A DNA stretch of 41,739 nt from an uncultured Erysipelotrichaceae bacterium (lineage in GTDB: Bacteria; Bacillota_I; Bacilli_A; RF39; UBA660): the NCBI GenBank assembly GCA_902795675.1, contig CADBLZ010000113.1, forward strand, positions 1-41,739. The letters run 5' to 3'. The notes below the pieces were generated by a model. The model worked only from the letters and a program-made list of their open reading frames with translations. It made no database searches and was not told where the DNA came from. Position 1 is the stretch's first letter. Each line of letters begins with the position of its first letter. A program made the position numbers and the translations under genes. This document shows, piece after piece, positions 25,047 through 37,579 of the stretch.

Positions 25047-25066
25047 TATTTAATTGTCTATTTTTT

Positions 25067-26887
25067 TTATAATTCTTCGATAAAGAATCTTTCATACCAA
25101 ATTATAAATGTGTAGATAACCCAAACCTTTTTGTAATTATCTTTTTTACGATTATTATTATCTTCTAGGATTTTATTAATAGCTTTTACGTTGAAGAATT
25201 TTTCAGCTACTGGAGAATTAAATTTATTCTTTATTTCAGTATATAAATCTTCATCTCTAACCCATTCTCTTAATGGTACTGGGAAACCTAATTTTTTCTT
25301 TTTGTAAGATTCGTTAGGGATTACTTCACGAGCAGCTTCACGAAGGATTGGTTTTGTTGTTTCTTTGTTAACTTTAGCGCTAACTGGAAGTTTTCTAGCA
25401 ACTTCATATACTTTGTCATCAAGGAATGGAGTTCTAGCTTCTAAACCAAACATCATTGTGTTTCTATCTACACCATGAAGGAAGTCATTTACTAACCAGA
25501 AGTAGAAATCGATAGCTTGTCTTTGAGCTGTATTACTATCTTTTTCGTATTTTTCATAATATGGTTTTACAACACTTATTGGTTTAATTTGGTTTTTAGG
25601 TTTTACTAATTTGATAGCTTCTTCATCTCTAAATAAACGACCTAAACCAATGTTGTAGTCTTTTAGTTTTTTACCACGACGATAAACAAAGTTTAATCCC
25701 CATTTATCAGGTAATACACTAGCTATGTTAGATGCTAGGTGTCTGATTGGATATGGTATTTTCATGTACCATTCTTGAGTTAAGTCTTCTTGATATGTTT
25801 GGTAACCTGCGAAGAATTCATCAGCACCTTCTCCACTCATTACTACTTTTACATCTTTTGAAGCTATTTGAGCTACAAAGTATAAAGCTATAACAGATGG
25901 ATCTGCTAATGGCTCATCCATATGATAGATGATATCTGGAAATGCTTTTAGATATTCTTCTTTAGTTATTTTTTTAGATTTATTTGTTATACCTAGTTTT
26001 TTAGTTAAGTCTTTTGCATAACTTATTTCATCATATTTAGGATTATCATAACCTACTGTATATGTTTTATCTGGTCTTGCTAATGATACTAAATAAGATG
26101 AATCAATACCAGATGATAAGAATGAACCAACTTCTACATCTGCAATTTCATGATGTTTAACAGAGTCTTTCATTGCTTCTCTGATATCGTTTATCATTTT
26201 TTCTTCTGGTTGATCAGTTTCTTCAAATGATAATTCAAAATATTTTTCTATTTTTATTTTATTATCTTTAAATGTTAAAGTGTGTCCTGGTAATAATTTA
26301 TAAACACCTTTAAAGAATGATTCTTCTGTTGGAACAGAGTTGAAGCATAAATAAGATGCTAGTATTTCATCATTAAATTTCTTTTCGAAATCTGGATGAT
26401 CTAGAAAAGATTTTATTTCTGAACCAAACATAAATGTTTTATTATTTTGATAATAATAGAATGGTTTGATACCCCATTTATCTCTTGCACAGAATAATTC
26501 TTGTTTGTCTTGATCCCATATTGCAAAAGCAAACATACCTCTTAAGTGATCTACTACTTTATGACCCCATTCTTCATAACCGTATATAATTGTTTCTGTA
26601 TCGGAATCATTTTGGAATTTATATTTTCCTGATAGTTCTTCTCTTAATTCTTTGTAGTTATATATTTCACCATTGAAAACTATTACGATGTTCTTTTTAT
26701 CGTTATACATTGGTTGTTTACCATTTGCTAAATCGATAATTGATAATCTTCTATGACCTAATGCACATTTATCATCTAGATAGAAACCTTCACCATCTGG
26801 TCCACGATAAGCTATTCTATCTGTCATTGCTTTTAATATTCTTTTGTTTGGTTTTGTGTCACTTATATAACCTGCTATTCCACACAT
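25067..26887 (-). CDS. asnB: Asparagine synthetase B (glutamine-hydrolysing)
   Basis: N-terminal MCGIAGY (catalytic Cys2) once the start is set at the ATG at 26887 (RBS AAGGAAG). It also has the HRRLSIIDL Ntn-amidotransferase domain and the SGGIDSS PP-loop-type synthetase domain (here LSSGIDSS). Confidence 0.9.
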   Translation of the reverse strand: MCGIAGYISDTKPNKRILKAMTDRIAYRGPDGEGFYLDDKCALGHRRLSIIDLANGKQPMYNDKKNIVIVFNGEIYNYKELREELSGKYKFQNDSDTETIIYGYEEWGHKVVDHLRGMFAFAIWDQDKQELFCARDKWGIKPFYYYQNNKTFMFGSEIKSFLDHPDFEKKFNDEILASYLCFNSVPTEESFFKGVYKLLPGHTLTFKDNKIKIEKYFELSFEETDQPEEKMINDIREAMKDSVKHHEIADVEVGSFLSSGIDSSYLVSLARPDKTYTVGYDNPKYDEISYAKDLTKKLGITNKSKKITKEEYLKAFPDIIYHMDEPLADPSVIALYFVAQIASKDVKVVMSGEGADEFFAGYQTYQEDLTQEWYMKIPYPIRHLASNIASVLPDKWGLNFVYRRGKKLKDYNIGLGRLFRDEEAIKLVKPKNQIKPISVVKPYYEKYEKDSNTAQRQAIDFYFWLVNDFLHGVDRNTMMFGLEARTPFLDDKVYEVARKLPVSAKVNKETTKPILREAAREVIPNESYKKKKLGFPVPLREWVRDEDLYTEIKNKFNSPVAEKFFNVKAINKILEDNNNRKKDNYKKVWVIYTFIIWYERFFIEEL

Positions 26888-26926
26888 AGATGTCACTTCC
26901 TTACTTTATTATTATATCATGTTTAT

Positions 26927-28849
26927 TTATCTATTAAGTATGTAGTTATAGTAATTGTTATTAACAATCATTTTGCTAATACTAAAGTAATTATTTATTT
27001 GATTATTTATTCTACTAATGTAAGCATTTGTATCTTCAAGTGTTCTTCCTTCTTTCGGAACAAAAGTTCTTGAGTTATAGAAATATGTTCCTTCATCAGA
27101 AACCCAACTACGATTACTGAAGATTGCTAATCCAGGTTCGTCTGATAAGATGTCATGCCCAACAATTAATCTTGAATCATATTCAATATCAAATAAGTTT
27201 AGTAATGTTGGTAATACATCTATTTGACTACCTACTTTAGTTATTTCTATTGGTTCCATTTCACTATTCCATAAGATGAAATTCGAATGATTTATTTCAA
27301 CTACTGCATCTCTTTCATATGTAGATACTGAGTTTATTTCATATGGTTTTAATGTATATGGATAGTGATCACCAACTAATGCTATTACAGTATTTTCTAG
27401 TTCACCTGATTCAGTTAGTTTATTAACTAGTTCTTCTAGCATTTTATCTAATTCGATTTGTGAAGCTAAATAATATTTTGTAGCATCATCTGTTGGTACA
27501 TCTTTTACAGCATCATAATGTAAACGAGCTATGTTATCACCAGCTGCATATGGTGAATGGCCACTTACAGTAACATAATATGTTACGAAGTTACCATCTT
27601 GACCTAAGTAATCTGGTGTTGTTACAGTTGCCATTTCTGAATCTTTTGGTAACCATGCACAACTCATTCTATTTTCTAATCCATTATTACAACCAATATA
27701 ATTTGTGAAACCTAATGTTTCCATTGTTTTATTTCTCTTGTAGTATGTGTATGTCCAGTCATGGAAACTTTGAGCACGATATCCAGCATTAGCAAAAGCA
27801 TTACCTAAACCAAAGCTAATAGTTGGTAATTTTGCTTTATATAGTGATAATGATTCTTGAGTAGCAATTAAACCAGTTGTTGCTTGGAATTCACCACCAG
27901 TAGTACTAAAGAAAACTGGTGAGTAGAAGTTTTTAAAATCAAATCCTTGATGAACCATTTTATATAGTGTTGGTGTACGTACTTCATCAACAGCTATTTC
28001 GTTAAAGCCTTCTGCTAAGATGAAGATTAAGTTTTTACCTTTAAACATACCTGTGTATTCATTCTTTTTAGTTGGTTGAGTAGCTGCAAAGTAATTATTT
28101 AAGTTAATAAGTTCTTGGTTATTAACACCATCATTAGAGAAGTTTAAATCCATTTTGTTATATTGGATTGGTTTTTCTTCTGGATCTGTAGGTTGTTCTT
28201 CAATAGGTGTTGATGGTTCAAATACTAAGACATTTTTATAACCAAAGAAGTATCTTTTGATATCTACTTTTGTGTATGTTAAAACACCAAAATTACTTAT
28301 CATGTCACCATAGTTATCTTGATTAAAATATAATGTTTTTAATTCTCTGTTAGGTAAGATATAACCGAATGTTGATAAGTAAGCAATAATAAACATTACT
28401 ATTAGAGATATATTGTTAAATCTATTATGACGTTCTAGATTTATTCTTCTTACAATTATTAAGAATAGTAATAATGGTAATAAGATTAAGATAAAAATTA
28501 ATAAGTTATCTCTTATGGCATCTAGAATGATATCTATAAAGTCAGCCGCTTGATTTGCTAAGTTTAGAGATGTAAATGATAATGGAACACTAAATAGTGT
28601 AAAAAAGATAAATTGAGTTTCAGCATAGATTGTTATTAATAAACTGAAAGTACTCATTATTATACTATTTACTGTTTTATTAAATAGTTTTGTTAGAAAT
28701 GTTAGTAAGATGACAATAGGTATTGTATTAAGTACTAAGAATAGTAAACCAATATTAAATACTTGATGACATATTACATATTTTAATATTATTTCTAGAT
28801 ATATTATTAATATAAAATAATATATTGCTGGGCTTATTTTATGTTTCAT
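26927..28849 (-). CDS. LTA-synthase-family (sulfatase/alkaline-phosphatase superfamily) membrane enzyme
   Basis: Five N-terminal TM helices followed by an extracellular sulfatase-type domain (NLIFILAEGF..., VSGHSPY, VGDHYP). The start is ambiguous: ATG at 28849 or GTG at 28867. Confidence 0.85.
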   Translation of the reverse strand: MKHKISPAIYYFILIIYLEIILKYVICHQVFNIGLLFLVLNTIPIVILLTFLTKLFNKTVNSIIMSTFSLLITIYAETQFIFFTLFSVPLSFTSLNLANQAADFIDIILDAIRDNLLIFILILLPLLLFLIIVRRINLERHNRFNNISLIVMFIIAYLSTFGYILPNRELKTLYFNQDNYGDMISNFGVLTYTKVDIKRYFFGYKNVLVFEPSTPIEEQPTDPEEKPIQYNKMDLNFSNDGVNNQELINLNNYFAATQPTKKNEYTGMFKGKNLIFILAEGFNEIAVDEVRTPTLYKMVHQGFDFKNFYSPVFFSTTGGEFQATTGLIATQESLSLYKAKLPTISFGLGNAFANAGYRAQSFHDWTYTYYKRNKTMETLGFTNYIGCNNGLENRMSCAWLPKDSEMATVTTPDYLGQDGNFVTYYVTVSGHSPYAAGDNIARLHYDAVKDVPTDDATKYYLASQIELDKMLEELVNKLTESGELENTVIALVGDHYPYTLKPYEINSVSTYERDAVVEINHSNFILWNSEMEPIEITKVGSQIDVLPTLLNLFDIEYDSRLIVGHDILSDEPGLAIFSNRSWVSDEGTYFYNSRTFVPKEGRTLEDTNAYISRINNQINNYFSISKMIVNNNYYNYILNR

Positions 28850-28883
28850 TATAATCTTCTCTCTCACATGCTTTATTATAGCA

Positions 28884-28918
28884 TAATATAAAAGAAGTAA
28901 TAATAATTATTACTTCTT
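28884..28918 (-). terminator. Terminator-like hairpin at the tex stop
   Basis: 12-bp stem AAGAAGTAATAA (28892-28903) / TTATTACTTCTT (28907-28918), followed by a T-rich tract on the minus strand. Confidence 0.5.
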
Positions 28919-31048
28919 TATTAGACTTAATTGAACTTTTTCTTTAGTTAAATCAATGGAATCTACGTAGCATTTTACTATATCACCAACATGAACGATG
29001 TCATTAGGATTACTAACGAATGAGTTACTCATTTTAGATATATGTACTAAACCATCTTCGTGAAGACCAATATCAATGAATGCTCCAAAGGAAGCAACGT
29101 TTCTTACTGTACCTTCTAGTTCCATTCCTTCTTTTAAATCTTCTATTTTTAATACATCTGATTTTAATACTGGTGCTGGTAATGAATCACGTGGATCTAA
29201 ACCAGGATGAGTTAATTCTTTAATGATATCTTGTAATGTGTAGATATCTACATTTAGTTCATCTGTATATTTATTAACATCTATTTTATTTAGTGCTTCT
29301 TTAAATTCAGGTTTGTTAATATCATTTAAATCTAAGTTTAGTTTTTTTAGTAATTCGTTAGTAGCTTTATAACTCTCTGGGTGGATACCTGTATTATCAA
29401 GTAAGTTAGTTCCATTATTAACTCTTAAGAAACCTATTGCTTGTTCATATACTTTATCACTTACACCTTTAATAGATTTTATTTCTTCTCTACTCTTTAT
29501 GTAATGTTTTTCTTTGTAGTCATATATTTTATCAATAACTGTTTTAGTTAAACCTGAAACATATTTTAAGATTGATTTAGAAGCTGTGTTAATGTTAACA
29601 CCTACTTCATTAACAACTTTTGAAGTTGTGAAATCTAATGCTTCAGATAAATTCTTTTGATCTACGTCATGTTGGTATTCACCAACACCAATTGATTTGG
29701 GGTCTATCTTAACTAGTTCTGATAGTGGATCTTGAATACGACGACCAATTGAGATAGCTGATCTTTTTTCAACTGTTAGGTCAGGGAATTCTTTTTTAGC
29801 TAATTCAGATGCACTATAAACTGATGCACCTGCTTCAGATGTGATGATATATTTAACATCTTTACGTTCTTTTATTACTTCAGAAATAAATTTTTCTGAT
29901 TCTCTACTAGCTGTACCATTACCAATTGATATTAGTTTTAAATCATATTTATCAATTAGTTCTAGAACTTTCTTTTTGGATCCTTCAAAATCATTATGAG
30001 GTTCTGTTGGATATATAACTGCTATTTCTAGTAAGTTACCTGATTCATCTAGTGCTGCTAATTTGCAACCTGTTCTAAAGGCAGGATCAAAACCTAATAC
30101 TCTAGTTCCTTTAACTGGTCTTGTTAGTAATAGGTTTTCTAGATTTGTTTCAAATGTTTCAATAGCTATCTTTTCTGATGATTCAGTTAAGTCAGATCTT
30201 ATTTCTCTTTCGATACTAGGTAAGATTAATCTTTTTAATGAATCTTTTATGCTTGCTCTTATTAAATCGCAAACGAATGATTTGTCATTCTTAATTATTT
30301 TTTGTTCTAAGTATTTCGCTTGTTCATCAACATCAATATCTATTGATACATTTAGTATTTTTTCTTTTTCACCACGATTTAGAGCAAGGACACGATAGTG
30401 TTTTATGTATTTTACTTTATCACTAAAGTTATAATACATTTCATAAGTCTTTTTAGGGTCATCTGCGTCCTTTTTTAGTTTAGAAGATATATTTGATGTA
30501 TTGAAGATATAGCTTCTTATAGACTTTCTGTAACTAGCATTATCACTAATCCATTCAGCTATAATGTAACCTGCTCCTTCTAAAGCAGCATCAGTTGTTT
30601 TTATGTTTTCATTTATAAACTTTTTAGCCATTTCTTCTAATGAACCAGTAGTAGGGAATGACATAATCATTTTAGCTAGTGGTTCTAGACCATTTTTTAT
30701 AGCTTCACTTGCTTTTGTTTTTTTCTTTTCTTTGTATGGACGATATAAGTCTTCTACTTCAGTTAGTTTTGTACATTTCATGATGTTTTCTTGAAGTTCA
30801 GGAGTTAGCATTCCTTTTTCATCTATTAATCTTATAACGTCATTTTTTCTTGTTAGAAGGTTTTCTTGATAACGATATTCTTCTTCGATTTCTCTTATTT
30901 GATCTTCGTTAAGATTACCTGTTCTTTCTTTACGATAACGTGCTATGCAAGGTATTGTTGAACCTTCACTAAGCATTTGTAATACTTCTTTTATTTGTTT
31001 TTCTTTAATACCTAGTTTTTCTACTAGATAGTTTATTACTTCTTCCAT
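28910..31048 (-). CDS. tex: Tex-like transcription accessory protein (YqgF/RuvC-like, HhH and S1 domains)
   Basis: IARYRKERTGNL (Tex N-terminus), the RVLGFDPAFRTGCKLA YqgF-like core, and a C-terminal S1 domain (GTVRNVASFGAFIDIGLHEDGLVHIS). Start at the ATG at 31048, behind AAGGTGA. Confidence 0.9.
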   Translation of the reverse strand: MEEVINYLVEKLGIKEKQIKEVLQMLSEGSTIPCIARYRKERTGNLNEDQIREIEEEYRYQENLLTRKNDVIRLIDEKGMLTPELQENIMKCTKLTEVEDLYRPYKEKKKTKASEAIKNGLEPLAKMIMSFPTTGSLEEMAKKFINENIKTTDAALEGAGYIIAEWISDNASYRKSIRSYIFNTSNISSKLKKDADDPKKTYEMYYNFSDKVKYIKHYRVLALNRGEKEKILNVSIDIDVDEQAKYLEQKIIKNDKSFVCDLIRASIKDSLKRLILPSIEREIRSDLTESSEKIAIETFETNLENLLLTRPVKGTRVLGFDPAFRTGCKLAALDESGNLLEIAVIYPTEPHNDFEGSKKKVLELIDKYDLKLISIGNGTASRESEKFISEVIKERKDVKYIITSEAGASVYSASELAKKEFPDLTVEKRSAISIGRRIQDPLSELVKIDPKSIGVGEYQHDVDQKNLSEALDFTTSKVVNEVGVNINTASKSILKYVSGLTKTVIDKIYDYKEKHYIKSREEIKSIKGVSDKVYEQAIGFLRVNNGTNLLDNTGIHPESYKATNELLKKLNLDLNDINKPEFKEALNKIDVNKYTDELNVDIYTLQDIIKELTHPGLDPRDSLPAPVLKSDVLKIEDLKEGMELEGTVRNVASFGAFIDIGLHEDGLVHISKMSNSFVSNPNDIVHVGDIVKCYVDSIDLTKEKVQLSLIKK

Positions 31049-31101
31049 TTTTATCACCTTTTTTATTATATCAATAAAGGTATTAAAAAAAGAAGAGTGT
31101 T

Positions 31102-31992
31102 TTACTTTTCTTTACTCTTCTTTTCTTTTGCTACTACTTTTGATTCTGTATTAGCAGATTGTTCAATTAGTTTTTGAACATCTATAATACCAGTTTTTTC
31201 TAATGATTCATGATAGTTCATAGCCATACCTATTACGAATATGTATGATAGTAAGTATACCCATAACATTAAGATAACCATACCTGCTATTGAACCATAG
31301 AACATTGAATAGTTAGCTATATGATTTATATAGTAAGCATAGATTGTGGTAGCACCTACCCAACCAATAGTTGTAAATATTGCTCCACCTCTTACACTTT
31401 TACTTGCTACTGTTTTATCAGGAGCAAGTGTATATATCCATTTAATAAAGATATATATGATTACCCAGTAAACTGGACTCATTAATACTTTGAAGACTTG
31501 TGTTACAGTTGATACTGTTTCTTCGTTCCATCCAAAATTACTTACCATATTTATTACTTGATCACCTAGTAGAGGAACTACTAATATGAATAAGAATAAG
31601 ATAACGATAAATAATTCCATAACGATAGCTTTGAATCTTCTTTTGAAGAAACCGCTATCTTTAATACCATAAATAGTATTAGATGCAACGATAATTGATG
31701 ACATACCGTTACTTGCAATGAAGTAACCAAAGAACATTGTTATTAAGAATGATGGTGTGATTGATGTTTGTGTCACCATTGGTGTTAGTAATTCAGATAG
31801 ATTAACACCAAAACCATTTGATATTACTGTTTGAATAACATTTTCTGATATTCCTAAGTAACTTGTAGCATAACTTATTAAAGTAATTGTAGGTACAAGT
31901 GATAAGAATAAGAAGAAGGCTATTTCACCAGGTAATATTAACATTTCAGGTCGCCAGAATGCAACCCAGAATCTCTTAAACCACTTCTTCAT
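31102..31992 (-). CDS. YihY/BrkB-family membrane protein
   Basis: Six TM segments, with an N-terminal GEIAFFLFLSLVPTITL pattern typical of the YihY family. The start lies 1 nt after the GGDEF gene stop. Confidence 0.75.
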   Translation of the reverse strand: MKKWFKRFWVAFWRPEMLILPGEIAFFLFLSLVPTITLISYATSYLGISENVIQTVISNGFGVNLSELLTPMVTQTSITPSFLITMFFGYFIASNGMSSIIVASNTIYGIKDSGFFKRRFKAIVMELFIVILFLFILVVPLLGDQVINMVSNFGWNEETVSTVTQVFKVLMSPVYWVIIYIFIKWIYTLAPDKTVASKSVRGGAIFTTIGWVGATTIYAYYINHIANYSMFYGSIAGMVILMLWVYLLSYIFVIGMAMNYHESLEKTGIIDVQKLIEQSANTESKVVAKEKKSKEK

Positions 31993-31993
31993 A

Positions 31994-34030
31994 TTAATCT
32001 TCTTCTTGCTCTTCTTTTTGTGTATGCATTGCTTCTATTGATTCGTTAATAGAGTCTTCAATTGTTTTCATGTCATTTAAGATCATTGAGTAACCAATTG
32101 CTGCACCATGTTCATATGGTAATGTTTTGAATTCTTTATTTAGTTTTCTAATATAAGCTACAATTTGTTTTTCTGAGTAACCTACTAAGTAGATTAAGAA
32201 TTCGTTACCATCTGTTCTCATGATATCTGTGTTATCAAGTTGTGTTTTGATTAAGATATTAGCAGCAGATTTAATTTGGTCGTCACCTTTTTCGTAACCT
32301 AATGTATCGTTAATTGTTTGAACTTCATTTAGGTCGATAACCATAGTTGCTTGAGGATAGATTGTATTCTTATTCCAAGCACTTATGTTTTCATTTAAGT
32401 AGTTACGATTTTTAAGTGATGTTAATTGATCGATATATTTTATCTTATCTTCTTTTTTGATTTTCTTAGCTATATGAATCTTCTTAGTTGAACGATATAC
32501 GATAATAGCTGTTATTAGTGCTACAACAGCAATGATAGCTGAGTATCTAACTATTTGACCAATTAGAGTACCACTCTTAATTGTTCTCTTATGGTTATAT
32601 AAACCTTCTACTCTTATTTCTTCTGGATCAAGAGTCATGATATATTTATTAAATAATAAGTATAATGTATCATCATCTTTTACATAGAAGTTATATGTAT
32701 CAGATAGTGTATTTGTATATCTTACATTGTAATTAGATAAGATGTTTTCTTTGTAATAATTAAATGATTCTTTATCTAATAAGATAATACTATCTTTACG
32801 AGCTATCTTTTTAAGATCTTTAGTGTTTTCATATGTTTTAATATCTACACCACCAATTGATGTTAGATATTTTTCTAAGATACTATTCTTTAAAACATAT
32901 ACTGTTTTGTTAGCTAAAGATGAAACAGTAGTTATTACTAATGGATTGTCTTCTTTAGCTACAATTGAGAATGATATGTATGCTAATGAATCTACTTTTT
33001 TGTAGTTAGTATCTAGATTATAGTAGTTATAGAATAAATCTATTTTATTACCTGCAATTGATTCAGTGAATTTAGTGAATGATTTATACTTTGTGAATTT
33101 AAATTCTACATCACTAAATGAACTGAAACGAGAAATATATTCAGATATAATTCCACCATATGATCCACTTGTTAAGATTTCATATGGAGAGTTATTTATG
33201 AAACCATATGTATAACTATAAGCTTGGATTTCATCAATATCTCTATCACTTATATTTAAAGCTTTAACGAAAGTTTTTAATTCATTACGATTAAATACTT
33301 CGTTGAATTCTTTTTCTTTCCATGTTTCATAATACTTTTTAAGTATTTGACTGAATAAGTCATCTTCTTCCATTTCAAATACGAAATACTTATTAATATC
33401 ACTTATATGATAATCGATGTAGTAACTAGATGTAAGAATGGAAGTTAAGTTTTCTTCTAATGGAACAATAACAAAATCAATATCTGTTCCGGCACTTAAT
33501 TCTTGGAATAATGATGCAGAAGTTTCATAGGTTTTGATTACTGTACCAGTAACATCTTTTAATTGTTTAGTTATAATTGGTTCATCTGATGATAAGATAC
33601 CAATTCTTTTTTCTTTTAAGTTATCAACGTTAGTTATAGCATTCTTTTCTTTTGATACAACTACATAATGTTCTGTGTAGAACACTACATCTGAATCATT
33701 TATGTCATAAACAACTTTAAATGATCTTGAACCAACATCTTCGCCATTGTTATATGTTATAGGATTAATTTCTAGATTGTATTCTTTTTCTAAACTATCG
33801 ATAAAGTCATAGAATACACCTGAACCATAAGCACCAAAGACATCAATGTTATTGATAACATTAATACTTTGTACTTTGTTAACGTTTTCAGTTATCCATC
33901 CTCGTTCTTCTACTGTAAGACGATTTTCGTCGTGGATAATAACATTAAATACTATTACACCAATAATAATAAAAACAGCTAATACTATTAATGGTATAAA
34001 GACTTTCTTGTTTAGTCTATATTTTTTCAT
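31994..34030 (-). CDS. Membrane sensor: two extracytoplasmic solute-binding-like modules, a TM helix, and a degenerate GGDEF domain
   Basis: N-terminal TM helix, an extracytoplasmic region of about 470 aa, a second TM helix, then LTSLKNRNYL...IDLNEVQTINDTLGYEKGD...RTDGNEF. This has GGDEF-domain architecture, with DGNEF in place of GG(D/E)EF. Confidence 0.75.
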   Translation of the reverse strand: MKKYRLNKKVFIPLIVLAVFIIIGVIVFNVIIHDENRLTVEERGWITENVNKVQSINVINNIDVFGAYGSGVFYDFIDSLEKEYNLEINPITYNNGEDVGSRSFKVVYDINDSDVVFYTEHYVVVSKEKNAITNVDNLKEKRIGILSSDEPIITKQLKDVTGTVIKTYETSASLFQELSAGTDIDFVIVPLEENLTSILTSSYYIDYHISDINKYFVFEMEEDDLFSQILKKYYETWKEKEFNEVFNRNELKTFVKALNISDRDIDEIQAYSYTYGFINNSPYEILTSGSYGGIISEYISRFSSFSDVEFKFTKYKSFTKFTESIAGNKIDLFYNYYNLDTNYKKVDSLAYISFSIVAKEDNPLVITTVSSLANKTVYVLKNSILEKYLTSIGGVDIKTYENTKDLKKIARKDSIILLDKESFNYYKENILSNYNVRYTNTLSDTYNFYVKDDDTLYLLFNKYIMTLDPEEIRVEGLYNHKRTIKSGTLIGQIVRYSAIIAVVALITAIIVYRSTKKIHIAKKIKKEDKIKYIDQLTSLKNRNYLNENISAWNKNTIYPQATMVIDLNEVQTINDTLGYEKGDDQIKSAANILIKTQLDNTDIMRTDGNEFLIYLVGYSEKQIVAYIRKLNKEFKTLPYEHGAAIGYSMILNDMKTIEDSINESIEAMHTQKEEQEED

Positions 34031-34040
34031 AAGGCACCTG

Positions 34041-34538
34041 CTATTCTGTTGCTTCCTCTGTTGCTGTAGTTACTGGTCGATTGTTATTCCATGATAAGTT
34101 AGCGCTAGGAGCATTCTTTGCACCAGCGATTATGAAACCTGCACTTGTTTCAGATTTATCTTCTTTTAAAGTGAAGTGTAAGTCATATACTGATTTTTCT
34201 TCATCAGTGAAGAAATCTAATGATGTTGCAGCTACATTTTTAGCAGCATCTAAAGGAACGTCAGCATTTAGTTTGATATCAATATAAATGATTTTACCTG
34301 TGCGTTCTACTTCAGCATCAAGTACGCTAGCATCTTCTTCTAATTTTTTTGTGTATTCGCTTAATCTTTCATTTTCAATTTCGTTTCCTTTAATGTCAGA
34401 TAAACGATTACCATATTTGTTATTACCATTACCAACATAGAACATTTCAAATAATACTGTAGCTATTACTATTACACATACTAGTAGGATAGCCATTAGG
34501 ATTGTAAATATACGATGTTCTTTATAAAACTTTTTCAT
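34041..34538 (-). CDS. Small membrane-anchored hypothetical protein (first gene of the GGDEF/YihY operon)
   Basis: RBS AGAGGTGG and one TM helix (IFTILMAILLVCVIVIATVLF). No family recognised. Confidence 0.4.
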   Translation of the reverse strand: MKKFYKEHRIFTILMAILLVCVIVIATVLFEMFYVGNGNNKYGNRLSDIKGNEIENERLSEYTKKLEEDASVLDAEVERTGKIIYIDIKLNADVPLDAAKNVAATSLDFFTDEEKSVYDLHFTLKEDKSETSAGFIIAGAKNAPSANLSWNNNRPVTTATEEATE

Positions 34539-34594
34539 TCTTTTTCCACCTCTTTTAGGTATTTAAATTATACTACATTACGGTGCTTAAAGCA

Positions 34595-36611
<2,017 letters not shown>

Positions 36612-36637
36612 TTATTATACCAAATTAAAGTGTTTAT

Positions 36638-36667
36638 AATAAAAAAATAATAGCTAAGCTATTATTT
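36638..36667 (-). terminator. Intrinsic terminator between the nucleotidyltransferase gene and ligA
   Basis: AAATAATAGC (36645-36654) / GCTATTATTT (36658-36667), followed on the minus strand by TTTTATT. Confidence 0.6.
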
Positions 36668-37564
36668 TTATTTCCATAAGTCTTGTGGGTAAACACCAGC
36701 ATTTATTTCATTTTGAATGTGGTTTTGAACGTTTACTGCATCTTCTTTATATGTCATACCGATCCATGTTGCGGTAGTTGAATCAACATCAATTGTTTTA
36801 CCTGATTTGATTTCTTCATCCATAGTATCTGTTAGTAACATTTCATATGATAATAAGTTTTCTTTGTTATTAGTAAATTCATTTAACATATCATTTCCTA
36901 TTGTAGTTAAGATTTCTTGTGTAAAACCATTTATTAACATTGATACTGGAGTATCTAGTGGAACATCAAATTTAGGAATTGATTCATTTAATGGAGTACA
37001 TTCAACATGATCGCCAGCTAAGATACAAGATGATTCAATAATACTTTTAACTGAACCATTTTCATTTGTTAAGATAACTCCTCTTTTTACAGCACCATTT
37101 TCAGATAGTGTTTTAGCAACTGGATAACCAACGATAATGTAGTTATCACTATTATCTAAGTGTTCAGCTAATACTTTGAAAGCGTTATCTCCATAGAAGT
37201 CATCTGATGTTATAACACCAAATTTACCTTCTATTTTATCTCTAGCAACGTAGATTGCATGAGCAGTTCCCCATGGTTTTGTTCTTCCTTCTGGAACTTC
37301 AAAACCTTCAGGAATATCTTCTAGTTTTTGGAATGCATAATCAACTTTTACTTTGCCTTCTAGACGAGCACCAATTGTTGTTTTGAATAAGTCTAAGTAT
37401 TCTTCACGAATTACAAATACTATTTTTGTGAAGCCATATTTTACAGCAGAATAAATTGAGTAATCCATTATGAATTCACCATTTGGACCAACTGGGAATG
37501 TTTGTTTCATTCCCCCAAATCTTGAACCCATTCCGGCAGCTAGTACTACTAAAGTTTTTTCCAT
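36668..37564 (-). CDS. Sugar-phosphate nucleotidyltransferase-fold protein
   Basis: N-terminal LAAGMGSRFGGMKQ (the GxGxR...K signature of the nucleotidyltransferase fold), and PWGTAHAIYVARD. RBS GAAGGA, 15 nt after the pcrA stop. Confidence 0.65.
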   Translation of the reverse strand: MEKTLVVLAAGMGSRFGGMKQTFPVGPNGEFIMDYSIYSAVKYGFTKIVFVIREEYLDLFKTTIGARLEGKVKVDYAFQKLEDIPEGFEVPEGRTKPWGTAHAIYVARDKIEGKFGVITSDDFYGDNAFKVLAEHLDNSDNYIIVGYPVAKTLSENGAVKRGVILTNENGSVKSIIESSCILAGDHVECTPLNESIPKFDVPLDTPVSMLINGFTQEILTTIGNDMLNEFTNNKENLLSYEMLLTDTMDEEIKSGKTIDVDSTTATWIGMTYKEDAVNVQNHIQNEINAGVYPQDLWK

Positions 37565-37579
37565 TTTTTATCCTTCTTT

